Shown: piece by piece, positions 1-25,146 of the stretch
How positions within the stretch are numbered: the first letter of the stretch is position 1
How the letters are laid out: each line of letters starts with the position of its first letter
Source: Camelus ferus
Lineage: Eukaryota
Direction: 5' to 3'
DNA length: 64,000 nucleotides
NCBI RefSeq assembly: GCF_009834535.1
Contig: NC_045697.1
Location: 54,066,001 to 54,130,000, forward strand
Program-made: the position numbers and the translations under genes
Notes under the pieces: model-generated
Databases searched by the model: none
What the model was told of the DNA's origin: nothing
What the model saw: the letters and a program-made list of their open reading frames with translations, nothing else

Positions 1-51
1 CTCTGTGAACACCCCAAACTGAGTGAATTTTAATTGAATTGTGTCCTCCAG

Positions 52-1602
52 GAAAAATAATTCAGAAGACTGGACTGTCAACTTTGGAACTGTAGTAAAT
101 AAACCATATATGACAAGGAAAGTCCAAAATATTATTTTTCATGAAAATTATAGCAAGGCTGGGGTTCACGATGATATTGCCCTTGTGCAGCTTGCTGAAG
201 AAGTCTCTTTTACGAAATACGTTCGTACGATTTGTCTTCCTGAAGCCAAAATGAAGCTCTCAGAAAATGACAGCGTTGTAGTTACAGGATGGGGAACACT
301 TTATATGAATGGTGAGTTTTTCTGTAAATATGTAATATCTTCACAGGAATAATATTTAATCAATCAATCAATCACTTTCTCACACAATTAACCAATCAGT
401 AAATATACTGAAAAGAAAACAAAGTGATGGGACCAAAAGCATGGTATTGTTTTCAGTTTCTGAAATACCTCTGAGAATGAGAATTGGAAAAATTGGAATA
501 ATGTATGCGGCAGCCAGATAATAAACATCAGAAAGAAACCAGTCTAGTCAGGGACTGGCTGGCTCTTGGTGACCAAAGAATCGGCTTTATTCCACAGAAG
601 CTCTTTGTATCAACAAACAAGGTTAAGATCTCTATAATTTGCAGAATTTATTGCCTTTAGGTCCTCTTCCAGTAATACTTCGGCAGGCCTTTCTGAAGAT
701 TATTGATAACAAAGTTTGCAATGCTCCACATGCGTTATCTGGCTTGGTGACTGATACAATGCTGTGTGCTGGATTTATGTCAGGAGAAGCTGATGCCTGT
801 CAGGTACCTCAAGAAATATTATCAAATCATTTTTTCCCAAAGTACTAATTCAGTGGTAGTTTTTATCACCACACAAAAAAATTTTTGTCTTAATGATTTT
901 CACAGAGTAACTTCTTATTTCAATCCAGAAAGCAAATATTTATTACTCTCATTAATGTACCAGATACCAGCGTAGATGCTGAGGATGCAGTGGTGAACAC
1001 CATGCCTGCCCTCATGAAGTTTTCAGTCTAGGAATCCATACTTACAAGGTGATAAAATAAGTTTGGCTCTATTTTATGGGCACCCTGCCGACAAGAATGC
1101 TGTCTCTTCCTTATGGAGAGATGCAGCAGGACGTTTAGCACGTGCACGTGACATCCGTTCTTCAGAGGCTTCCTCATGGAGCAGCTGAGGCACTTTCTCC
1201 ATAGTTAAGGCTGGACTAATTAACAAAATCAAATCCTAGTCTTTCCAATCCAATATTTAGCTGCTGTAGGCAATGTATTCTGGTTGGTAGTTGCCCTGGG
1301 TTTTGAAGAAACCCAAGAGTTCCACAGTTCTAAGCCCAGAGGGTGGATGTTTGCAATGCCCAGGGCATTGCAACTCCAGAGGAGAGGTAAAAGGAAATTC
1401 TTCGACAAGACACGAAACATTTTTCCCTCTTTTCTTCTAGAATGATTCTGGTGGACCACTAGCTTACCCCAACTCTAGGAATATATGGCACCTTGTTGGA
1501 ATAGTAAGCTGGGGTGAAGGATGTGGTAAAAAGAATAAACCAGGTGTCTACACTCGGGTGACTGCTTATCGTGACTGGATTACCTCCAAGACTGGACTCT
1601 GA
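52..1602 (+). CDS. TMPRSS11B: Transmembrane serine protease 11B (HATL5), last three coding exons (52-311, 661-803, 1441-1602); 5' part lies upstream of the window
   Basis: All exons have AG/GT boundaries with compatible phases. They splice to ...[161 protein letters not shown]. This is a trypsin-fold domain and closely matches my recollection of human TMPRSS11B, including NDSGG. Confidence 0.93.
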
Positions 1603-1938
1603 AAGAAATGTAACCTTGGAATGGAACATAAAGACAACTACAGGATATTCTTATCTATTGTTTCAAAATCTTTTTTGATTGTTGGTATACTAATCATTTT
1701 CTTATATAAAAATGCATAAATATCTTGATTAATGTTTTATCTAAAGCACTATCCATTTATTTATTGATCTATTTAACTAATTTAGGAAACAGGAAGAAAA
1801 AAAGAAAGGATGACCGTAATATTTTTATTAATAGCCTAGTTCTGATGTATCTTACCATTATATTCAGAATAGACCTTTATTTTTTAGAATTAAAGAAATA
1901 CATATTTGTTGGTATGAGAACATATGCTGGATCTACCA

Positions 1939-1944
1939 AATAAA
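1939..1944 (+). terminator. Candidate polyadenylation signal of TMPRSS11B
   Basis: First AATAAA found after the stop at 1602, followed by T-rich sequence. Confidence 0.4.
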
Positions 1945-2654
1945 TTATTTTTCATTCTATATATTATAAATGCATTTTGTTAAACCAAAATACATAAGAC
2001 AAATAATGTATATTCACTTTTTATTTCAATGTGAGATAGTTTGTGTACCTTGTAAAATCATATGATCTTGGAATGGAGGGGAATGTCAGAGGTTCAGCTA
2101 GACCGAGTGTCTCAATATAGAGATCGAGAAACTAAGAAGAAAAATTATTTCCTTAAAGTCATTCTTCAGTCTCTCTGACAAGTTGCAACCCTCATGTGAA
2201 TTTTCCCTTGTAGAATTCAAATCCAAAGTCAGTCAGGAATTTTAAAATGATTTTTAAGTTGCAATTATTTATATAATATTTCTTCATGTCCTTTTGTCAT
2301 TTGTTTGTATTCCTTTGCAGCAAGAATAATGTGAGGTCCTTGAGGGCAGAGGACTGTATGGCATCTATAGCTCTCCTCACAGTGCATATGCAGTGGTGTG
2401 GAGGACAGACTCTGTAATCTCTGCAAATAATTCACCTTTTGTAATTTCCTAAAATTAAAAAGTAGCTTAAAAATTTAAAACCAGCTAAAATAAACCTAAA
2501 AATTCTCTTCCTTCAATTGTTTGTGATATTACTCTTCTTTTTTTTCCTTATTATAAATTATGACTTATGATGTACATAATGATGTGAAGCCAATCCATAA
2601 CTAAGTGAGACAAGGTGGTGTTTTTTCCTCCCCTCTCCTTTCTCAGGCAGGTCA

Positions 2655-3320
2655 CATGTATGTATTGAACACTCAGTGCGTTCCAGGAACTGTCAGGTAT
2701 GGACACAGTATCATCTTCCAAGGATGCTGCATTTAGTGGATAAAGACAGGCAGTAAGCACACACATAAGACAATTTTGGTTTGTGGTAAGTGTTAGGAAG
2801 GGGGAAAAGGTAATATGATAGAAAAAATGGGGCAGATGAGAAGTACTTGAGATCTGGTAGTATGAAAACTTTTTCAAAAGAGTAGCATTTGAGCTGGACC
2901 TAAACAATGAGGAGGCAAAACATAAAACATCTGAGAGAAGTCCGAAGAGAACAAGTGTAAAAGCCTCAAAAGAGAAATGAGCAAGGTGGTTGTGTCAGCA
3001 GAAAAAGGCCCAGTGTGTCTGCCAGTGTGTCTGAAGCCTGGTGGGTAAGTAAGAGATGGGTAGGAAAGAATTTGGAAGAGGCAGTTGAGGGCCAACTCAA
3101 ATAAGGATTTCTAATGACCTAGGATTTTATTTTAACTGCAGTGGGAGACCCTTGAGTTTTCTGAGCAGAGAAGCAAGAGAGATGATCTAATACATACTCT
3201 GAGAAGATTGCTTTAGCTTTGATGACGAGGGTGGGCTGGAGTTGGAGGTGAAGGCTACACAGAGAAGCAGGAAGAGTAGGTAGAAGGCTGTTGCAATTTT
3301 CCTGGAAAGAAATGAACAGA
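2655..3320 (-). mobile_element. LINE-2 (L2) fragment
   Basis: Degenerate reverse-complement L2 3' end (tattgaacactcagtgcgttccaggaactg...) followed by purine-rich L2-like body. Boundaries approximate. Confidence 0.55.
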
Positions 3321-3541
3321 TAGATACTCACCCTTTTCCTTGGGTCAAGAACTTATCTAGGTATAAGAACAGAAGGAATCCTTTTATAATGCAACTCAAA
3401 GTAGAGAAGAAAAGACAGACTTACAGGATAATGCTACTCCTAAGAGATATAAGAGGTATTAGTGGCTGTGTAGTAGTCCCTTAATTCAGAAGCCAGATAT
3501 TTGGGAATTTGCTTCCTTCTTCCCCAAACTCATGAGCATGG

Positions 3542-3886
3542 TGTCTTAGTCAGCTTGGGCTACTACAACAAATTACCATAGACTGAGTGACTTAAACAAC
3601 AGACATTTATTTCTCACTGTTCTAGAAGCTAGGAAGTCCAAGAGGAAGACATCAACAGATCTATTGTCTTGTAATGGCCTGCTTCCTGGTTTGCAGGATC
3701 TGTCTCGTATCTTCTCATGATGGAGAGCATATGTCTCATCTTATACTGGCACTAATTTTATCATACGGACTCCACCCCCATGACCTAATTACCTCCCAAA
3801 TGCTCCACTTCCAAATACCATCCTACTGGGGATTAAAAGTTTCAACACCTGAATTTTGAGGGGACACAAACATTTGGCCCATAGCA
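3542..3886 (-). mobile_element. MLT1A-type ERVL-MaLR solo LTR
   Basis: Starts tgtcttagtcagcttgggctact...aattaccatagactgagtgacttaaacaacagacatttatttctcac and ends gggacacaaacatttggcccatagca. Flanked by 5-bp catgg/cattg, a probable TSD. Confidence 0.8.
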
Positions 3887-4291
3887 CATTGATCTCAGTC
3901 TGTCTCCTGCTAATTCCAGGGGGAAATCAGATAGAACTGAATGAGTGATACCCCTAACACAGAAGTGATGGAAGCTAAAACCAACTCATTTTAGCTTTAA
4001 TAATGGAATATTAATAATGACTTTCTTGTTCAAGAATTGTATTTACAATAGAAACATTGTCAACCTATCAGCAGATAGAAACTAGATCTTTTAACTCATA
4101 AACAGTATTTTGTTTAGCAACACAGACTTTCATATTAATGCATTCAAGGAATGCTTTCACTGAAAAGTGAGCCAGAAAAGAGAAAATAAAGTAATGCAAA
4201 GTTTAGATAATTGTTTTAAGTTTGCATTTTTATTTAGTCTTAGGTATAGGCTTAATGGTCCAAAACCCACTGGTAACTCTATTCCATTGAC

Positions 4292-4471
4292 ACATAGCAC
4301 AGGGAACTATATTCAATATCCTGTAGTAACCTCTAATGAAAAAGAATATGAAAAAGAGTATGTGTATATATGTATGACTGAAACATTATGCTGTACAACA
4401 GAAATTGACACAACATTGCAGACTGATTATACTTCAATTAAAAAATATATATGGTTCTATTAAAAAAAAAA
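4292..4471 (+). mobile_element. Short 5'-truncated L1 (3'UTR end + A tail), cetartiodactyl type
   Basis: atagcacagggaactatattcaatatcctgtagtaacc...gaaattgacacaacattgcagactgattatacttcaattaaaa, flanked by a degenerate 23-bp direct repeat (4269-4291 and 4472-4494; 5 mismatches). Confidence 0.8.
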
Positions 4472-5009
4472 ACTAGTCACTCTATCCTACTGACTGAAAC
4501 TTCTCTTGCATATCCCACAAATATCTTCATGTTCGTCTTACTGAGTCACTATGTTCTTCTTATTGAGCTACTACTACACACTATGGTCAACCATGCCATA
4601 TATACCTACTGCTTTGCCCCTTTCACCATTTACCACCTAGCAGGGCAAAACCACAAACTTGCAAACACCCCACTCTCCAACTTTCTAGTGCATGGATCTT
4701 AGTTACTGACTGTAGCTGGAGAAAAATACACATCATGATGACTAGTCTCACTTTAAAATTATGATCACAAACATCAAATATGTTCTTAGTACTTCCTGAA
4801 AATCCTTCTATACTTTCCTTGTCAAAACTGGCTCTCATTCTCCTAAATTATTCATTCGCATCTTCTCTCCTCTCCTTAATGCCAACAGTTTCTTTTCACA
4901 CTCAGCTGATAATTTTGCTCATTATTTCACCAAGAAAACAGAAGGAATCAGGTGAGAGTTTCTGTTAGTGCTTACCATAAAAATTTGTCAAACTACTTCC
5001 TTCTTGAAA

Positions 5010-5240
5010 GGTAGTATCGGTAAGTGAACTCAAGTTAAACTACTTGTGTTCAAATCCTAGCTTTGTCACTTACTAGATGTGTGATCTTGGGCAAATTATT
5101 CGACATCACTGTGTCTCTGTTTCCTTAATGTAACATGGGGACAAGAACAGTATCTACTTCATGGTGTTGTTACGGAGTTTTGAAGGAGTTAACAAATGTA
5201 CAATGCCTTAAAGCACATAGCAAATGCAAGATTGGTGTTA
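5010..5240 (+). mobile_element. MIR SINE
   Basis: Core motif ttcaaatcctagctttgtcacttactagatgtgtgatcttgggcaaatta...ctctgtttcctt. Confidence 0.7.
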
Positions 5241-5259
5241 GCCACTATTGTCACCTGTC

Positions 5260-6050
5260 TTTCCTTTTGTCACAATGGATCAACTATTGAATCAACACCA
5301 CTCTAAGGCCAAACTCTGCACTTATGAAAAGATCCTTTCTCAAGGACTTTGTTCCTGTTGCTGTCACCTATCCCTCCTATATCATAATCTTACCCTTTCT
5401 ACCGGATCATTTTCATAGACACAGTAATTATACAGTATTTCTCAGATAAGAACAGTTTTTTTTTTTCCAATCCTACATCTTCCTGCCACATTTCTCTGCA
5501 AACATGGTTGAAAGTATTGTCTCCATTTATTTTCTTTCTCATTTCTCTTAAACTCACTCCAATCAGGATGTTGTTTCAGAAACTCCTCCAAAACCACATT
5601 TGTCAAGGTCACCAATAAGCTCTGTGTTGCCAACTCCAATGCTAAATTCTCAATCCTCTTCTTAAGTAAGAATATCAATAATATTAAAAGCATTTAGTAC
5701 TGTTGATCATTCTCTATTAAAACTCTTTACTTGGCTTCCACAAAAAAAGCCACTTTTTTCGGTCATCTTTCTATGTTGACGGCTATTTCTTTTCAGTCTC
5801 TTTTGCTGGCTATTCTACATCTTCCTAAAATCTAAATGTTGGAGTTTCCCAGGACTCAAACCACAGATCTCTACTCTTTTCTACTTACACTCATGCCCTA
5901 ATGGTCTTCTCCAGTCCAATACTCTCAATACCAACTATCTGCTGACAACTCCCAAACATTTTAACTTTAGCTCTGACTTCTCCCTGCACCTTCAGTGGCA
6001 AACATCTAAAATTTCCAATTGAGGATCTAATATGCAATTTATATTAGTAT
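5260..6050 (+). mobile_element. LINE-2 ORF2 fragment
   Basis: L2-like motifs such as gtcaaggtcaccaataagctctgtgttgccaactccaatg and agcatttagtactgttgatcattctct. Boundaries approximate. Confidence 0.6.
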
Positions 6051-8034
6051 GTCAAAACAGAATTTTCACCTTTCCTCAGTCTTTCACATAACCCCCAAAT
6101 GGCCCTGGAATCATCCTGGGGAATATATATTTAAAATATCATCCTTTGTTATTTTAATTACCATATTTTGTATAGGATTTACAACTGGACTAGGAAAGCT
6201 CTATCGTACTTACCTTTGGAAATGCCTGGATATTTGGCTTTGAATCTTGGATGAAATAAGGTCAGTGGGATTTATGTGAGGTTTAAAGCCTGAAACTTTC
6301 CTGTCAACCCCTGAGCCAGTTTGATTACTGATCCTAATTACCTCCCCTCAAAATTAAAAAACAACAAAAAAAGAAATCTTCACTAGATGACGCAATTTGA
6401 GCACAATTTCTATTCCAAGACATTACAAACTAGCTTTCTGGCCATTGTGCCAGATGTTTTGTTAAATACCTTAAGTACTGCCTGCTAGTGACAGAGGTAA
6501 AGTAGGTTTGTTACTGGTTTTCACTTTTCATGATTTCAGTGCAAGAGGAGGTTTCAGAAGAAGCTATTTTTGTAATATTTTAATAGTGGTGTGTCAAGCA
6601 CATTTCAGATTTGCAGTTTATAGTGGTTAATTAAAGGATTCCAGAAAAGACAATTATATGTTATTATAATATGTTGTTTTCCCTACAATTATTATGCTTA
6701 ATTATGAAAATAAAATCATTGCATCATGCTTTCCTATGTTGTTTCCTCAATAAATTTAATTCTCTTCACTTGGAGTTTTGTCACGGTTTACACTCATGGT
6801 TGAATAAACCAAACTTTATTTTAATTAAATATGAGTATATATCACAAAAGAATTCCATTGGTTCTATCTTTGGTTTCATAGGTTTATGCTCTTTAAGTCA
6901 GATTTATCTCATTTAATAAAAAAAAATTTTCAACAAGGCAGAAATCTCCAGCCAGGGTAATGAGAGATTGTCCCCCTATTTTCCTTCCCAACCATTTGAT
7001 GAAAGACAAGGGATTAAAGGGCATCAAACTGAGCCATGATCAGAGCAGGTACAAGGTCTTAATAATCAGGAAGTCTAGGAGCACCTCTCTCTTCTGCTTA
7101 AAATCCTACTCCACCCCTCTTCGTCTCAATAACCTTACAGAATAAAACCTAAACTCTTTATTATGATTTACAAATCCATAAAAAGCTTGACTCACTCTTC
7201 CAACTCATTTGTCAAGACAAACCTCAGGTGTTACCTCTTACCAGGAAGACTTTCCTGACATCCCCAGACTAGTGTTCCAGATAGCCCCAGGCATTCACCT
7301 ATTACTGCATTTTCTACAACATGTAAACATTATCTGTTTTGGCATCTGAATGTCCTACTAGACCGAACTTCTCATGGGCTCTTTTCTGTCGCTGTGTTCC
7401 CAGACCAGTGGCTGGTTCAATGGAGGTAATAATCCTGTCCAACTGAATAAAACTGAAGTGCACTGTTAAGATCTGGCTGCTCCATGCATCGCTGTTTTTC
7501 TCTCCCATCGTTTCCTCGCGTTTAACCTGTGCTCCAATCACACTATTATCTGAAACGTGCTATCTGGAGCCTTTCAAATGGTGTACTCCTTGTCTAGAAT
7601 GTCCTTCTCTGATATATTTTTTTTTTCTGGTAAACTCCTACCATCTTTTAAAAATTAACCCACAACTTTATGAAACTTAATCCACTGTGTCCTCATGGAT
7701 TTTGTGCTTATTGTCATCAAGCCATCATCTCATCCTGGAAAGTTCTACAAAGCCAATACTTAATTTTTAGCCAGTATTAATTTGACCCTAATCCCTGAGA
7801 ACCTGTATTTTATTGCCAATTCCTCCTTTTTCCCTCTACTCAGATCCGTATCAAAGATAAATTTTTATTTCATTTCAACAAGTATATTTAAAATGTTTAA
7901 TTATATTAGCAATGGATTAATACATTATCCTTGTGAAAATAATAAACCCATTATAGATCAGGCTAAAATTTCTTTAGTCATCATTTTCAATTCTGGTCTC
8001 TTTTCTTCTCCTTGAGGGTAAGCATTGTTTTGGA

Positions 8035-8147
8035 TTTTTTTTTTTTTTTACAATTCCTTTTTATTTGGGGGGGGGGTAGGTTTTTTTTTAATGGAGGTAC
8101 TGGAAATTGAAGCAGGCACTCTACTACCAAGCTATATCCTCCCCCTT
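8035..8147 (-). mobile_element. Vic-1-like camelid tRNA-derived SINE, internally deleted
   Basis: Minus strand gggggaggatatagcttggtagtagagtgcctgcttcaatttccagtacctccattaaaa plus an A tail. 16-bp TSD taagcattgttttgga (8019-8034) / taagcactgttttgaa (8148-8163). Confidence 0.8.
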
Positions 8148-11018
8148 TAAGCACTGTTTTGAAATCCTTCCAGATCTTTTTTATATATTTATGTATCTCT
8201 TCATACATAAATATACAGATTTAAGTGCATATATTAGCACCCATTAAAATGTAAAGTATTATTTACTCTTTTAATTATTAATGATGTCATATTGAATTAT
8301 TATTCTGCATCTCTAATTCTTCTTACAGTTTTTCTATATGCATCTATAACTGTATCAGTCAGAGTTCAGAGTAGAAAAGGCATTTTTAAGCAGAAAGAAA
8401 TTTGAAGTAGGAAATCAGCATACTTCAAAAATTGTCAGAGTGCTGGTTGTGCAGGCCCTGGGCTGAGCTTCAAGGATGATCCACAGAACACTACAGAACC
8501 AAAGCCCAGGGGAAGAGACTGCACCTGGCAATGCTGAAGTCAATCCAGGGACCAGTAAGACACCAGCACCAGTGATATTACTACCAAAGCCTCCTGACAT
8601 CCATGAACTGCTCTGGTCTCTGCCTACTCTAAAACTGTTTCTTAGCCCCCGGAAGCCGGAGAATGGAAACTGGAATGTTGTTGCAGAACAGAATACCCTC
8701 ATGACCTATTACCAGCATAAATCCCAAAGCAGCCTCATTTCTGCCTTAAACGACATTCTTCCTTTCAAGTTTCATATGAGTACATCCAGCTGGCAGGATC
8801 TATTTTGCATTCAGAATCCTAAAGGCATGGCAGTCTTGGAGATGTCATTTTTAGCTTTCTAATCCCTACAGCATAGAAGGGGACCTGAGAATGATCAGTG
8901 GGGCCAACTCATCGCATCTATTATTACCTCGTTTCTTTCAACAGCTGAATAATATTCCACTATACCAGTATAATATAGTTTAACTGTTCCTCTGCCAATT
9001 AACATTTTGTTTCCATTTTGTTTTTGCTATTGAAAACATTATAATAAACATCCTTATATATTTCTGTTCAAGTACATGTGCCAGGATGAATATCTACATA
9101 TGTATTTAGAAGTGAAATTGCTTAGTTATAGGAGATAGTTTTAAAATTAAATAGTTGATGCCAAGCTGCCCTCTAAAGTTGCTGACTCAATTATGATTCC
9201 TACTGCCAACATATGAGAGTCTATTTCCCCACACACTTACCAAATAATGAAATACTATCTTTAACTTTTAATTTTAGTAGTGTTATATTATTTTAATGTA
9301 TGTTTTTATAATTGCTAATGGATGATATTAAGCATCTTTTTATATATTAATTTCCATCTCTGTTTCTTCTGCGAATACTCTATTAAAATCCTACCTACAT
9401 TTCATAATGCATTTTTAATATATTTTACTGACTTTTGGGAGGTCTATGTGTATTTGGATGGTAATCATTTTATTGAAGCATATAACTTATTTGCTGAACA
9501 TCTACTGGATACTAAAACTCTGATGGTCATTATGAAAAACAATGAAAAAGAAGGTATAGTTTGTGCCTTCGGGTTCAACCAGCTTACACTTTCACTGATG
9601 TGACAGGACCATCCACAAAACAGTTTTAAGTAGAAACCAATATAATATAGCAGATTATTAAATCCAAAATGAGTACTGATGACAGTAAATATTAGAGGCC
9701 AAAAAAAAAAAAAAGATCAAAGAGGATAATGCTTTACAAAGAAGGCTTTATGAAGGAAGTGGCAATTAGGTTGGACCATGAAGAATGAATAAACATTGGA
9801 TGGTAGAAATGGCAGTCCTGGGAGAATTAAATGACATGAATAAAAAGTTGGAGTTAGGAAAGCACTTGCCATCCAAGGAACAGAACTGTGAGAAATGACT
9901 CAAGTAAATTCAAGCTTTAGGTAAAGTCATTGTTAGGGTAACACAATGTCCTGGGCATTGTGCCAAGCACTTAGCATACATGGTCTCAGCTGAGACATAC
10001 CTTACATATACAATCTTGTTAGACACCATTTTTACCTGTGAGAAAGTTGAAGTTCAGAGAGGTTTGTGTCAAACAGCTAGTACTAGTGGGCCTGGCATTG
10101 GGGTAGAGGCCATGCCCTTTCTGTTACACCATGTTACACCATGCTATTATGGGGCAATAAAGAAAGAAAGAAATGGCATTCTAAAAGGCCTTGAATATCA
10201 ACCAGAGAAGTTTGTATTTTATCCTGAAAGCAACTGAGAGTTTTGATGATTTTTTGAATGAAGAAATGTCATGAATATGTGTTTTAGGAAGATGTATCTT
10301 GCCAATTAATATCATCATCAGTTCTGCATTCAGAAGCCTCCTCCTCAGAGAGACCTCTCCTGACCCTCTTAAAGAGAGGACCCCCACTTTCTACCCAATT
10401 ATTCTGCTTTATTTTCTTCATAGCATGTATAAATATCTCATATTAAATGAAATATTTACTATTTTTTGAGTGTTTGTCTGTCTTTTCCATTAGTGTGTCA
10501 GCTCCATAAAGGCAGGAATTTTATTATATCCATTGTTGTATTTCCACTACTAGGAACAATGGATAGTCGCAGGAAGTACATGGCAAATATTTATTAAATG
10601 AGTGAATGGAGAAATTGGATGGTTAAAGATATGAAATATGATGCCACGACTCTAGATATTTGTATCCAAAATATCTAAACAATGTCCTGATTTTTTGTTT
10701 TCATAAGAATTTGGTGTGTCATCCAAAAACATAATGCATACTCAGTAAAACAACTCGACTGGATTGATTAGTTCCATTTCCTTTAAAGAATCACCAAAAT
10801 AGAACCGATATTTCTTATACCATAACCTACCTCCATCAGTAAATCCATTTCTACAAAAGTATGCAGAGTCCCTGGGAGAATGTTTAGATTAAGCATGTTT
10901 CAAATGAGTAATGCTATGGCAGAATTATTGTATTAAGAAAACAATGTATATTGAAGTCATTTGTCCGAGACTGCTCTGGTGGGTATAGCTAGTTTCACTG
11001 GGGAGGAGCTCTGTGAAA

Positions 11019-11250
11019 GGGGTGGGTGGAATCTGAGTCAGAACACTGGTTCACCAATTTGTGGTGATATTTCTTGGGTGGACCTGTCAGGCAACCAATC
11101 CAGCTTATGTCTAGTGTCTTTTTTTAAGTATTCACTCAAAGAGAATTTTCATGTCTTCCTTTAAGCCACAGATCCACAGCTGTCATCAACACTTGTTAAA
11201 CAAGTTTCCTTTTAATTGCTTTCTGCTATTGCACCCAGCCCTTAAAATCC
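11019..11250 (+). promoter_or_regulatory. Putative proximal promoter of TMPRSS11BNL
   Basis: GGGGTGGGTGG (KLF-like, 11019-11029), AP-1 TGAGTCA (11034-11040), two CCAAT boxes (about 11055 and 11095) and a TATA-like CTTAAAA (about 11241), all 120-340 nt upstream of the ATG. Motif-level evidence only. Confidence 0.4.
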
Positions 11251-11361
11251 CAAGTATCACTGTGGTTAGTACATTTACCTGAGAACCACTGATCAGGACA
11301 AAAGAAGTGCAGAAGTTTCCTTTATCATTATTAACATCAACAGCCATTATATCAGCACATT

Positions 11362-24413
<13,052 letters not shown>

Positions 24414-25101
24414 GGGAAACACATCTTGTAGCCATTCTTTTATCTCATTTTTGCCTACTACTCCTAAGCCTTATTTAATATTCATTTTAAATTGGTATGT
24501 ATAATGGCTGTTTTGAAAGAATTGTGGTCCTAAGGGAATATTGATGAACTTTAACTTTAAGCAGACTCTACAAGACAAGAAATCTCATATTTAGTTGACA
24601 AAAGCCTAAGTAAAGAAAGTGCTCCTATCAGTCATGTACTATTACTATTTGTTTTCTATTTCATGAACCCACATCATGGTTATCTCACCACAGCATAAAG
24701 CTCATGGTTTTAGTCATTCAGACTTTCTGTAATTACGAAAGTAAATCCTTGTCTGTTGCAAGTTAAAAGGCAGCACTTGAGAGACCAGAACCAATTACCT
24801 TCCGAGGGTTGGTTTGGAACATGCTGTATCTGCCTTCATTTCATAGCTTTTGCGGAAGGCGTGTATTTGTGAACTGAATCTGGTCTGAATTTAGGCACTG
24901 ACTTAGCCTCCTATTTGTAGTGGGGTCTTGATCAACTCTTGTAATCACTGAAAGAATTTCACCATCAGCAAAACAACATGTTTTCTTGCAGAGATCAGGT
25001 ACGCTAATTCTTCAGTGTTGATACACTGTAGAGAATCTGTGGAGATTCTTTATTTGTAAGATACAAAAAGATATAGCTATGAACCATGAAAATGTACTTT
25101 A

Positions 25102-25107
25102 ATTAAA
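25102..25107 (+). terminator. Candidate polyadenylation signal (ATTAAA) of TMPRSS11BNL
   Basis: I saw no AATAAA between the stop (24413) and this site. The ATTAAA is followed by CA dinucleotides (25121, 25136) and a T/GT-rich tract from 25147. Confidence 0.4.
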
Positions 25108-25146
25108 ACGAATTTAAAAGCAACCTATCTTTCTTCAATATGAAAA

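Noticed and set aside
1534..1539. AATAAA in the last TMPRSS11B exon as a premature poly(A) signal
   Set aside because: It is explained by the conserved N-K codons of KNKPGVY.
8476..8862. 128-aa ORF, and similarly the 123-aa ORF at 18675-19046
   Set aside because: Neither has recognisable homology or splice-consistent structure. The first lies in LTR-like sequence and the second is intronic.
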